Shown here in pieces: positions 9,364 to 19,654 of a stretch of DNA of 64,000 bases. Source of the DNA: an uncultured Actinomycetota bacterium. Lineage in GTDB: Bacteria; Actinomycetota; Thermoleophilia; RBG-16-64-13. Within the stretch, counting starts at the first letter, position 1. The number at the start of each line of letters is the position of its first letter. The stretch is from positions 14,663 through 78,662 of the forward strand of contig CAVTPV010000002.1 of NCBI GenBank assembly GCA_963736705.1, written 5' to 3'. The notes under the pieces are model-generated. The model was not told the origin of the DNA. It was given only the letters and a program-made list of their open reading frames with translations, and did not search any database. The position numbers and the translations under genes were made by a program.

Positions 9364-10718
9364 CTAGATCTTCGGCAGGTTCTTCATCGCCTCTTTGATC
9401 TTCTCTTCCGGATAGGCGTAGTCCTCGAGTTTGCCGTCGAGGTAGTTGTCGTACGACGCCATATCGAAGTGGCCGTGGCCGCTCATGTTGAAGAGGATGA
9501 CCTTCTCGTCGCCGGACTGCTTGCACTCCTCAGCGAGCTGCCGCACCTTGGCGATGGCGTGGTTGCTCTCCGGAGCGGGGATGATGCCCTCCGACCGGGC
9601 GAAGCTGACGCCGGCCGAGAACACGTCGTTCTGCATGACCGACACCGCGTCGATGAGGCCCGAGCTGGTGGCAATGCGACACCATCGGCGCCATGCCGTG
9701 GTAGCGCAGGCCGCCCGCGTGGATGCCCGGCGGGATGAAGTCGTGGCCCAGGGTCTCCATCTTGCAGAGCGGGGTGAGCTTGGCGGTGTCGCCGTAGTCG
9801 AAGGCGTAGATGCCCTTGGTCATGGTGGGGCAGGCGGCCGGCTCGACGGCGATGATCTTGGTCTTCTTGCCGTACTTGATGTTCTGGCCCAGGAACGGGA
9901 AGGAGATACCCGCGAAGTTGGAGCCGCCGCCCACGCACGCCACGACGTAGTCGGGGTACGCACCGGCGAGTTCCATCTGCTCGATGGCTTCCTGGCCGAT
10001 GACGCGTCTGATGGAGCATCACGTGGTTCAGCACCGAGCCGAGCGCGTAGTGGGTGTCGTCGCGCTGAGCGGCCAACTCGACCGCTTCGCTGATGGCGAT
10101 GCCCAGGCTGCCCGGCGAATCCGGATCCTGCGCCAGGATGGCGCGGCCGGACGCGGTGGTATCGGAGGGGCTGGGGATGACTTCCGCGCCCCACACCCGG
10201 ATCATGCTGCGCCGGTAGGGCTTCTGGAAGTAGGAGACCTTCACCATGTAGACCAGGCATTCCATGCTGAACATCTGGCAGGCGAGAGCGAGGGCGGAGC
10301 CCCACTGGCCGGCGCCGGTCTCGGTGGTGAGCTTGGTGATGCCTTCCTGCTTGTTGTACCAGGCCTGGGCGACGGCAGTGTTGGGCTTGTGCGACCCGGC
10401 CGGGCTGGCGCCTTCGTACTTGAAGTAGATCTTCGCGGGGGTGCCGAGGGCCTTTTCCCATCGGGCGGCCCGGATGAGCGGCGTAGGACGCCAGAGCTTG
10501 TAGATCTCCCGAACCTCATCGGGGATCTCGATCAGACGTTCTGCCGACATCTCCTGCGCGATGAGGCCCATCGGGAACAGCGGCGCCAGGTCATCCGGAC
10601 CGGCGGGCTGATGCGTTCCCGGGTGGAGGGGCGGGGGCGGGGGCGTGGGGAGATCGGCCGCGACGTTGTACCACGCCGTGGGGATCCGGTCTTCCGAGAG
10701 CAGATACTTTGTCGCCAT
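9364..10718 (-). CDS. trpB: Tryptophan synthase beta chain, TrpB2-like (long, stand-alone form); two frame breaks (near 10005 and 9650)
   Basis: ATG is at 10718. [24 protein letters not shown]...[31 protein letters not shown]...[13 protein letters not shown] contains the PLP-lysine region. It continues as ...[17 protein letters not shown]...[10 protein letters not shown] and ends ...[11 protein letters not shown]...KNLPKI. The pieces lie in the 9483..11102, 9530..9976 and 9364..9645 frames. Confidence 0.8.
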
Positions 10719-10893
10719 GCCTTTGGTGCCTTTCCATCCTTGTGAGGGCATTGAGACTGGGAAAGTAGCACAAAAGGCCGGAAACGTGCATGGTTGAGAC
10801 CATCCGGGGTATGCTAGCGTCGTTGTAGCCCGACCGGCGGGCACCCCGCCGCCGCGCCGGCCGTCCCACCCCCGACCGGACCAGGGAGGCGCC

Positions 10894-12428
10894 ATGGCCG
10901 ATCTTCTCCGCTTGACGCCCGAGACGCTCGAGTTCGTCCTTCTCTCCTTCGAAGGACCAGACCAGTACTCCATGGCCGGCGGCCTCGGGGTGCGCATGAA
11001 AGAGTTGGCCGTCGAACTGGCGCGCCAGGGCTTCAAGACCCACTTGGTCTTCATCGGCGACCCCGATCTTCCCGCCCGCGAATCGCCCGCCGAGAACCTC
11101 ACCCTGCACCGCTGGGGCCAGTGGCTCTCCGCCCATTACCGCGGCGGCGTGTATCAGGGAGAGGAGTCCAAGCTCGTCGACTGGAACGAGCAACTCCCCG
11201 GCTACGTGGTGAACGAGATGGTCAAGCCCGCCGTCGCGGCCGGGCGCCTCACCGCCGTGTTGGCCGAGGAGTGGCACACCGCCTACTCCACCTGCCAGCT
11301 CTCCGACCGCCTGTGGGCCGAGGGCGTGCGCGACAAGGCCGTGCTGCTCTGGAACGCCAACAACACCATCGGGTTCGACCGCATCGATTGGCGGCGGCTC
11401 GACTTCTGCTCGCAGATAACCACCGTGTCCCGCTACATGAAGCACGTGATGTGGGATCGGGCCATCAACCCGCTCGTGATACCCAACGGCATCCCCGGCG
11501 ACCGCGTCCAGCGCGCCGACCCGGAGATGGTGGCCGGCCTGCGCGCCGCCTTCCCGGGGCGCGAACTGGTCTTCAAGATCGGCCGCTTCAGCCCCGACAA
11601 GCGCTGGAACATGGCCCTGGACGCCCTCGCTGAAGAGAAGCGGGCGGGCAACGACATCGCCACGGTCATCCGCGGCGGGGTGGAGCCGCATGGCGCCGAG
11701 GTTCTGGCCCGGGCGTACAGCAACGGCCTGCAGATCGTGGACGTGAAGCCGCCGCGCGACCCCCGCGAGGCCATCGCGGCGTTGGCGCAGGTGCCGCGCG
11801 CCGACGTCTACAACGTCACCAGCTTCATGAGCGACGAGCTCATCAACGTCTTCTACACCGGCGCGGACGCCGTGCTGGCCAACTCCGGCCACGAGCCCTT
11901 CGGCCTGGTGGGCCTGGAGGTCATGGCGGCCGGCGGCATCACCTTCGTCGGCACCACCGGCGAGGACTACGCGGTGCCGTTCCTCAACTGCATCGCCCTC
12001 GACACGGACGACCCCACCGAGATCAACATCGGCCTCGACTTCCTGCGCCGCCACCCCGCCACGGTCGAGCGCATGCGCGCGCGACGCCATGGAGACGGCC
12101 GAGAGCTTCAGCTGGAAGAACGTGGTGGAGGACAGCCTCCTGGGCAAGCTGCGCTACGTGGCCATGCGCCAACTGGTGACGCCGCCCGGCAAGAGCCGGG
12201 TGACCCCGGCGCCCGCGGCGCCCGTGAACCCGCCCACGGCCGCGGCGGCCAAGGCGGCCGCGAAGCGGGGCAAGGCCGGAGCGGCCGCGCGCCGATGCGG
12301 CCCCGGGCGCCCCAGCCCAAGCCGCCACCACCGCGCCGCCGCCCAACGAGGCCGGCGCCGCCTACGGCGGCGAATCCATGACCAAACGTCCGTCCATCAA
12401 GCCCCCCACCACCGACGACAAGGGATAG
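10894..12428 (+). CDS. GT4-family glycosyltransferase (glycogen-synthase-like fold) with Ala/Lys/Pro-rich tail; frame break near 12085; 3' end uncertain (12381 or 12428)
   Basis: The text [32 protein letters not shown] ... [29 protein letters not shown] includes the E-x7-E type GT4 motif. The tail [28 protein letters not shown] is in the 12089 frame. Confidence 0.65.
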
Positions 12429-12437
12429 GCGGCAGCC

Positions 12438-13651
12438 GTGGCAGAGAACCTCGTCACATACTGCGTCGTCCACCAGCCGCGGCGGGTCAAGCTGCCGGCC
12501 CAGGTGATCCCCCGGGGCACCAAGCCCGCCGACATGGCCGGCTACCTCTTCGACGACGTCATGAACAAGCGCTACTTCGACAAGGTCGCCAAGTGGTGCT
12601 ACTACCCCGCCACCAAGATGTTCCTGGACATGCTCGACCAGGGTTACAAGCTGGGCATCGGGTTCTCCGTGAGCTTCCTGATGGCAGCTGCAGCGCTGGG
12701 ACAAGGAACTCACCGCGCTCTTCAAGACGCTGGTGGCCCATCCCAACTGCGAGCTGGTCGGCGTGGAGCCCTATCACAGTTTCGCTTTTGCCCTGGATAT
12801 CAAGCTCTTTCAGAAGGAGATGAAACGGGGAAAGGATTTCGCGGAAGACTTCTTCGGCAAAGAGATCCAGGTCACCGACACCACCGAGATGGTGATGAAC
12901 AACGAGATCTACTACGCCCTCATGCAGTCCGGTTACAGCGCCGGCGTGCTCGACGGGCGCAAGTGGGTCATGGACTGGCGGGAGACCACCCATCTCTACA
13001 GCTACGACGAGCGGGAGTTCGGCCTGTTCTGCCGGCACCACGAACTGTCCGACGACGTGGGCTACCGCTTCAGCAACAAGACCTGGCCGGGCTACCCGCT
13101 GCGCGCCGACGCGTACGCTGAGCACCTGCGCGACACCTGGGGCGACTTCGTGTTCATCGGCTGGGACTTCGAGACGTTCGGCGAGCACCACAACGTCGAT
13201 ACCGGGCATCTTCGACTTCATGCTGGCGCTCCCGGGGCAGCTCGAGAAGAAGGGCGTTCGTTGCCTGAAGCCCAGCGAGGCCGTCGCGGAGTTCGGCGGC
13301 GGGCCCAAGCCCATGCTGCCGCTGCCCGAGTTCGGCACCACCTGGGCCGGCGGGGGCGGCATGGAGTTCTTCCTGGGCAACGCTTCCCAGCAGGCGATCT
13401 TCCGGCTGATGCATTCGGTGCTCCACAAAGCCCGTTTGACCGGCAACCGCACGCTGATGGACCTGGCGCTCTGGCTGCTCCAGTCCGACAACCTGCATCT
13501 CATCCAATGGGCGGGCCGGTCGGGCTCGGAGGCCGAGGTGTCCGCGTATTTCACGCCCGACGAGTGGTGGGATCTGGGCCCGGACAGGATCCTGACCGAG
13601 CAGCAGCGCGTGTATACGAACTTCGTCCGGGCGATGGATGAGTACGTCTGA
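12438..13651 (+). CDS. Glycoside hydrolase family 57 protein (alpha-amylase-like); two frame breaks (near 12700 and 13210)
   Basis: VTYCVVHQPRR...YFDKVAKWCYYPATKMFLDML is followed by HPNCELVGVEPYHSFAFALD...VFIGWDFETFGEHH and then FMLALPGQLEKKGVRCLKPSEAV...LQSDNLHLI...VRAMDEYV. It is colinear across three track ORFs. Confidence 0.7.
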
Positions 13652-13693
13652 TAGCGACCGCAGCCGGGAGCGACCGCGGCCGGCCCGCCGCCG

Positions 13694-16053
13694 ATCTGCG
13701 TAGCGTTCGTCTGGCACATGCACCAGCCGTACTACCGGTCGGCCAAGACCGGCGCTTTCCAGATGCCCTGGGCGCGGCTGCACGCCATCAAGGATTACCT
13801 GGATATGGTGGAGATCCTGGCCGGCTACCCGGCCATCCACCAGACCTTCAACCTGGTGCCTTCACTGGTGGAGCAGCTGGAGGACTATGCGGCCGGAGGG
13901 TTGCCTGAGATCTGGTCGCCCAGGACGGGCGAGGTCACGCCCCGCCGACGAGCCGCGCCATCAGCGCCGCCGAGCCGGCGGCTGCGAGCGGCGCCGCCCC
14001 GCCGCCCCAGACGGCGCCGGTAACCGACGTCTACTGGCAGCACACCATCAAGCCCGCCGCGGACCTCACCCCCGACGAGCGCGCCTTCGTCGTCGAGCGC
14101 ATGTGCGAGCGCCCCGACCATCCCCGGGCCAAATCACACCCCCGCTATCAGGAGTTGGCGCAGAAGCGCCAGGCGGAGGCCCACAACGGATGGAACACCT
14201 GCGGCGACGCGTTCACGGTCGACGAACTCCGCGACCTTCAGGTCTGGTTCGACCTGGCCTGGTGCGACCCCACCCTGCTCGAGACGGAGCCTCTGCTCAG
14301 CCTGGTGCAGCGCGGCCGGGATTTCCGCGAGGAAGACAAGCTGGTGCTGGCCCGCGCTGCAGAACGACGTCCTGCGAAGGGTCATCCCCGCATATCGAAA
14401 GGCAGCCGCCGCCGGGCAGATCGAGATCTCCACGACCCCTTACTACCACCCGATCCTCCCGCTCCTCGCCAACACCGACTCCGCCCGCGTGGGTTGCGGC
14501 GACACCATCCTGCCGCACCGCCGCTTCGCACACCCGGAGGACGCCTGGGAGCAGGTGGATGCCGGAGTGGCGAAGCACGAACAGGTCTTCGGGGAGCGGC
14601 CGCACGGGATGTGGTGCTCGGAACAGTCGGTGGGAGAGGATGTCCTGCCTCTGCTGACGAGGGCGGGCATCCGCTGGACCATCAGCGACCAGGCTGTCCT
14701 GTCGCGCTCCGCGACAGGGAGCGCCGCCGCGCCGAACGGACCGGCGGAGGCGCCGTCCCCCTATCAGGCCTACCTGCTGCGCCGGGAAGAGCAGGAAGTG
14801 GCCATCGTCTTCCGCGACCACACCCTGTCCGACCTCATCGGCTTCGGTTACCAAAGCTGGGACTCGCGCGATGCCGCCAACGACCTCCTGAACCGCATCC
14901 GGGCGATCGGGGCGGCCTGCGTGGCGCCCGCGGCCGGCGCCGCGGGCGGGGGAGAGGCCGGAGCGGCTGATCCCGGCGCGGCCGGCCGGCGCGCCGCAGG
15001 CGGCGCGCCGCCGCTCGTCACCATCGCCCTCGATGGCGAGAACGCCTGGGAGTACTACCCGCACGATGGACGCGATTTCCTCCACTTCCTCTACGAGGGG
15101 TTGGCGGCCGACCCGGATCTGCGCTGCGTGACGATATCCGAGTATTTGCAGGAGTTTCCCGCCGACGAAGCAGCTCGACTGGCTGCACACGGGCTCCTGG
15201 ATAGGCGGCGACCTGCGCACCTGGAGCGGTGACCCGGGCCACAACGCCGCCTGGGACCTCCTTCACGACGCCCGCGACCTGGCGGCGGCGCGGCGGCGTT
15301 CGGCGGTGCAGGCGAGTCCGGCCGACAGATCGGGCCTGGCCGCGCTCCTGAGCCCGGCCGAGGCCGCCTGGCGCCACATCATGGTGGCCGAGGGCAGCGA
15401 CTGGTTCTGGTGGTTCGGCGAGCACCATCACACCGAGCTCGACTACGTCTGGGACCTGGAGTTCCGCCAGCATCTCCAGGAGGTCTACCGCCTCCTGGGC
15501 GAGCCGGTCCCGCTACGCCTGTACATGCCGGTCTTCGCCGGGGCAGCCGAGACCGCCCCGGTACTGCCCACCGGCGTCATCCATCCGACCATCGACGGGC
15601 TGATCTCCGCCGACGACGGCTGGGCAGATGGCGGGCATCCTGCCTCCCGACTCTCCGTCGACCATGCAGCGCACCGAGGGCGCCCGGCTCGTCGAGGCCC
15701 GTTTCGGCTGGGGACCCGAGCACCTCTACCTGCTGCTCATCCCCCGAGACAGGAGCGATCTCGACGGACTGGAGATCGACCTCACGGTGACCTATGCCTC
15801 CGTGCGGGAGGAATCCGTCTTCCACATGGCTCTGGCCGAGGACGGGCGCGTTGACGTAGCCTGCACCAGCCGCGGCTATCTGGGGGAACCGGTGGCCGGA
15901 GCATGGCAGGACGTGGTGGAGCTGGCGTTGCCCGCTGGCCTCTTCGGCGCTCCCCCGCGACGAACGGCTGGCGCTGACGCTCCGCGTGGGCCGCGGTGGG
16001 ATGATCGATCATGTCTTCCGGTCGACCGACCTGGCGCCCTTCGGTGGGATGTA
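13694..16053 (+). CDS. Large glycoside hydrolase family 57 protein; 4-5 frame breaks; no canonical start codon ahead of the conserved N-terminus
   Basis: ICVAFVWHMHQPYYR is the GH57 hallmark. It is followed by IEISTTPYYHPILPLL, LVTIALDGENAWEYYPHDGRDFL, WLHTGSWIGGDLRTWSGDPGHNAAW and EGSDWFWWFGEHHHTE. The final piece ends GGM-stop at 16053. The first ATG (13718) sits inside the WHMHQP motif. Confidence 0.7.
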
Positions 16054-16060
16054 GGAGGCG

Positions 16061-16917
16061 GTGGAATCCGTGAAACCGCTGCATAGCGTCACCTTCTTGA
16101 GCGACTTCGGCACGGGCGGGGGATACGTGGCGGCCTGCGAGGCCACCATGGCCCGGGTCTGCCCGCAGGCCCGGGTGTTTCACATCTCTCACGAGGTCAC
16201 CGGTCGGCGACATAGCCGCGGCCTCGCTCGTGCTCGCGCGGGTCGTGCCCCTCTTCCCGGAGTCGGTGCATCTGGCGGTGGTGGACCCGGGCGTCGGGAC
16301 CACCCGCCGGCCTCTCGCGCTCGAGACGCGCCGGGGAGATCTCCTGGTGGGGCCCGATAATGGCCTGCTCATCGATGCCTCTGAGGCGCTCGGCGGTTCC
16401 TGCCGGCGCGTGGGCGCTGGACATCGAGAGGGTGCGGTCGTGCGCTGGTCTCCCGCTGGAGGGAGTGTCGAGCACCTTCCACGGCCGCGACCTCTTCGCA
16501 CCAGCGGCGGCGCTGTTGGCGTCCGGAGCGGACCCGCGGACTCTCGGGCTTCCCTTGCGCCCAACCGAGCTCGTGCGGCTCGTACCTGTCGCGGCCATGC
16601 GGGCTGCCGAAGGCGTTTCCGCGCCGGTCATTGAGATCGACCGGTTCGGCAACGTCGGACTTGGCGTAGAATTCGCGCTCATCCCGGCTGGGGGCGACAA
16701 GTCTGGCGACCTGTTCCTAGTCGAGGTCGCCGGAGAAGGCGCTCCGGAATGGACGGCCCGGATGGTGCATACATATGGAGATCTGCCCGGCGGCGAGCTC
16801 GGACTCATCCGCGACTCCTGGGGACAAGCGGCGCTCGCCTTGAACGGCGCCAGCGCGGCGGAGTTCCTGGGCGTCAGACGAGGCGTCATGGTCACGTTGA
16901 CGCCGGTGCAGAGGTAG
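16061..16917 (+). CDS. SAM hydroxide adenosyltransferase family protein (DUF62 / SAM hydrolase-like); two frame breaks
   Basis: Motifs seen are VTFLSDFGTGGGYVAACEA...HISHEV, VHLAVVDPGVGTTRRPLALETRRGDLLVGPDNGLL and STFHGRDLFAPAAALLASG...IEIDRFGNV. The start is GTG 16061 or GTG 16070, after AGGAGG at 16052. Confidence 0.7.
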
Positions 16918-16938
16918 ATAGATAGGAAGGGCGACCTG

Positions 16939-18332
16939 ATGGCTGAGAAGCAACGACGCAAACAGACCGACAAACCGAGCGGCGACCGGCCGGCCGCCGG
17001 CCCGGGACGACCGCAGGCGCCCAAGCGCCCGGGCGGCGCCGGAACGTCCACGGGGCCGGCCCGAGGAGCATCCCGCCCCACCAGGGGACGGCCCGCCGCC
17101 CAAGGGACCACCACATTCCGCTCCGGGGCGCACCCCAAGCCGGGGACCAAGCCGGGAGCCCGGCCTGCACCTGCCGCTCGGCGCGACGATTCCCCCCAGA
17201 CGGTGTTGGCAGTCTACCGTCCAGACCTGGCCAAGGCATTGGCGGCCGCCGAAGCCCCCTCGTTCAGGTACGCACAGGTGCTGGAGCACCTGATGCGGCG
17301 CCCCGGCATCCCGCTGGCTGAGGCCAGCAACCTGCCCGCGGACCTCCGGGCGGCCCTCGACCACGGCGGCCCGTCCGTCCTCTCGGTCGCGGCCACCCGC
17401 AAAGCGGCTGATGGTACGACCAAGCTTCTCTTGGAGGCCCGGGACGGCGCCAACATCGAGACCGTCCTGCTCCCTTACGGCAATCGCCTCACCGTCTGCA
17501 TCTCCAGCCAGGTGGGATGCGCCGTCGGGTGCGCGTTCTGCGCCACGGGAGCACTGGGATTCCGGCGAAATCTGTCCACCGCCGAGATCGTCGACCAGGT
17601 CAGGATGGCGGCCGTAGCCTGCGAGCCGGGACAGCGCCTCACCAACGTGGTCTACATGGGCATGGGCGAACCGCTCCTCAACCTCGGAGCCGTTCTCGAG
17701 TCGGTGCACGTCCTCACCGCCCCCTCAGGCCTCGGACTGGGGCGCCGGTCGCTCTCCATCTCCACCGTGGGGATCCCGAACGGTATCCTTCGTCTGGCCA
17801 AGACGGAGCCGCAGGTCAACCTCGCACTCTCCCTCCACGCCGCCGACGACGCCACCAGGGCGCTCCTCATCCCCGAGCGGTACCGCCATCCTCTCTCGGA
17901 GATCCTTGAGGCCGCCTGGCAGCATTTTGAGCTGACTCGCCGCAAACTGCTGGTCGAATACGTCCTCATCGCCGGCGTGAACGACACCGTCGACGACGCC
18001 GCGCCGACTGGCCGCTCTCCTGCGCGGACATGTGGTGACCGTCAATCTGCTCGCCTGGAATCCCGTGATCCAGAGGCCGGGCCGGAAGCCAGCCTGGAGC
18101 GCGCCCGGGCGCCAACACGGAATCGGGCACGAGGGCGACCGCAAGCAACAAGGCGCCCCGCCGCCGCACGTTCCACCCGTCGAGTCCGGCTGCTTTGTCG
18201 GCATTTCGAGCTGTTTTGCGGGCGGCGCACATCGAAGCGGTGGTCCGCCAGAGCAAGGGTGCCGGCATCGAGGCGGCCTGCGGGCAGCTGGCGGGGGCGG
18301 CGCAGTCGTATGAGGAGCCCGCTACGGACTGA
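16939..18332 (+). CDS. rlmN: 23S rRNA/tRNA m2A methyltransferase RlmN (radical SAM) with a basic Pro/Gly-rich N-terminal extension of about 85 aa; about three frame breaks after 18000
   Basis: CISSQVGCAVGCAFCATG is the CxxxCxxC cluster. Also seen are NVVYMGMGEPLLN, SISTVGI, LALSLHA and VEYVLIAGVNDT. The tail AHIEAVVRQSKGAGIEAACGQLAG...EEPATD-stop at 18330-18332 was read by hand in another frame. Confidence 0.8.
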
Positions 18333-18368
18333 TGGTCGGACCAAAGGCGCGAAGCGAGAGGGCGAGAC

Positions 18369-18889
18369 CTAGTACTCGATGCCCTTCTTCGCCGGGGAGC
18401 CACCTCGCAAACGCATGCTTGATGCACCGCATCTCGGTGACGGTGTCGGCCGCGTCTATCAGGCCCAGGGAGGCGCCTCGCCCAGTGATGATCACCGAAA
18501 GCCGCTCGGGCTTCTGTCGGAGAAGCTCGAGGATCTCCTCCTCGGACACGTAGCCCTCGACGGCGGCGTAATTGAGTTCATCCAGGACCAGCAGGTCGTA
18601 CTGGTCTGAGAGCGCTAGCGCGGCGAGAGGCCTCCCAAGCTTCACGGGCAAGCGCCTTCGGGATCGCCGGATCGTCTGCTTTCCAGGTGAAACCTGACCC
18701 GATGCGCTGCAGATCAACGTTTGTGCAGGCCTCTAGCGCGGCCGCTTCACCGTAGTTCCCGTCTCCCTTGATGAACTGGACGATGGCCACGCGTTGACCG
18801 TGGCCGGCAGCCCGAAGAGCCGTCCCGAACGCGGCGGTGGTCTTGCCCTTGCCCTCGCCGGTATTGACGATGATCCGCCCCTTACTCAT
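18369..18889 (-). CDS. cobO: Cob(I)yrinic acid a,c-diamide adenosyltransferase (CobO/BtuR type); two frame breaks
   Basis: MSKGRIIVNTGEGKGKTTAAFGTALRAAGHGQRVAIVQFIKG contains the P-loop. It is followed by YDLLVLDELNYAA and VIITGRGA...MRCIKHAF. The hand-read tail is GGSPAKKGIEY-stop at 18369-18371. Confidence 0.75.
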
Positions 18890-18894
18890 GCGCA

Positions 18895-18935
18895 GACTTC
18901 GCTCACGCGCCCGACTTCGCTCACGCGCCGACTTT
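18895..18935. repeat. 2.3 tandem copies of a 17/18-nt unit spanning the stop codon of the Roadblock gene
   Basis: gacttcgctcacgcgccc (18895-18912) is followed by gacttcgctcacgcgcc (18913-18929) and gacttt (18930-18935). On the coding strand the unit contains GTCGG(G)CGCGTGA, that is, the last codons plus the stop. Confidence 0.7.
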
Positions 18936-19302
18936 GCTGTTGGATAGCTTGCCCAGCAAGATCCCGACGGAACCAGGGGCAGCCAGGAGCACCAGCATGA
19001 CGTCGGTAGTGAAGGGGGCGAGGACGACGGTAAGTCCTTCGAACTCGATGCTCATGGTGTCCAACGATGCCGGCGCTGACCTGCTGCCCGAAGCGCTGGG
19101 CAGTCCGCACGGTGTCTACGGCCAGAGCGGCGATGCTTGCGGTGTCGACCCCCTCTTTGGCCATGCTGCTGACGAGCAGTCCCTGGTCGGAGACCAGGAG
19201 AGCCGCCTTGATACCGGGAATGGCCAGATACCCTTTCAGAGCTTGCTTCAGGGGATCCAACGCAGTCCCCGCCGCCTGAGTCTGCTGGTCATCGTCAGCC
19301 AT
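18921..19302 (-). CDS. Roadblock/LC7 (MglB-like) domain protein; one frame break near 19060
   Basis: LKQALKGYLAIPGIKAALLVSDQGLLVSSMAKEGVDTASIAALAVDTV looks like Roadblock. The hand-read continuation is DTMSIEFEGLTVVLAPFTTDVMLVLLAAPGSVGILLGKLSNSKVGA-stop. Its ATG abuts the stop of the upstream gene (TGAATG). Confidence 0.65.
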
Positions 19303-19645
19303 TCAGGTCTCCTCTTCTATGCCCGCCTTGAGAAGTTGCAGCTTGATGAGCTGCGCGGCGCGCTGAGCCTCCGCCCCCTGACGATAACCTATTTTCAGCC
19401 CTTCCGGGAGCCGTGCGAGCTCCGAGATGAACATGCCGGTCCGCACCATCGCGGTCTCGCTGGGCTGCGAGGATCCTGACACCGCCCAAGCCATCCGATT
19501 CGAGGAGTTCTCCTTCCGGCCAACTGATGATGGTGTCGCCGGATAGGAAGAGGGCGTTGGTCTCAGCCATGGACAAGCCGACCTTCGCAGTCACCACGTA
19601 GCCGCCGGTCGATTGGTCGACGGCATGGGTGACTGCGAAGGCCAC
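19303..19645 (-). CDS. Small hypothetical protein translationally coupled to the Roadblock gene; one frame break near 19490
   Basis: GTG 19645 follows GGGAGGAG. MAFAVTHAVDQSTGGYVVTAKVGLSMAETNALFLSGDTIISWPEGELLES is followed, in the 19303..19494 frame, by ...SSQPSETAMVRTGMFISELARLPEGLKIGYRQGAEAQRAAQLIKLQLLKAGIEEET. No family recognised. Confidence 0.5.
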
Positions 19646-19654
19646 GGCTCCTCC

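Noticed and set aside
16066-16082. Possible additional parS half-sites (CGTGAAACC at about 16068-16076, GTGTTTCAC at about 16174-16182, TGTTGAACGTGAGTGC at about 21635-21650)
   Set aside because: Each matches only one arm or has five or more mismatches to TGTTNCACGTGAAACA. Only 24667-24682 is a credible site.
18895-18935. Short direct repeats considered as a CRISPR-like or minisatellite array
   Set aside because: There are only 2.3 immediately adjacent copies of 17-18 nt with no spacers. No other copies or cas genes are in the window.
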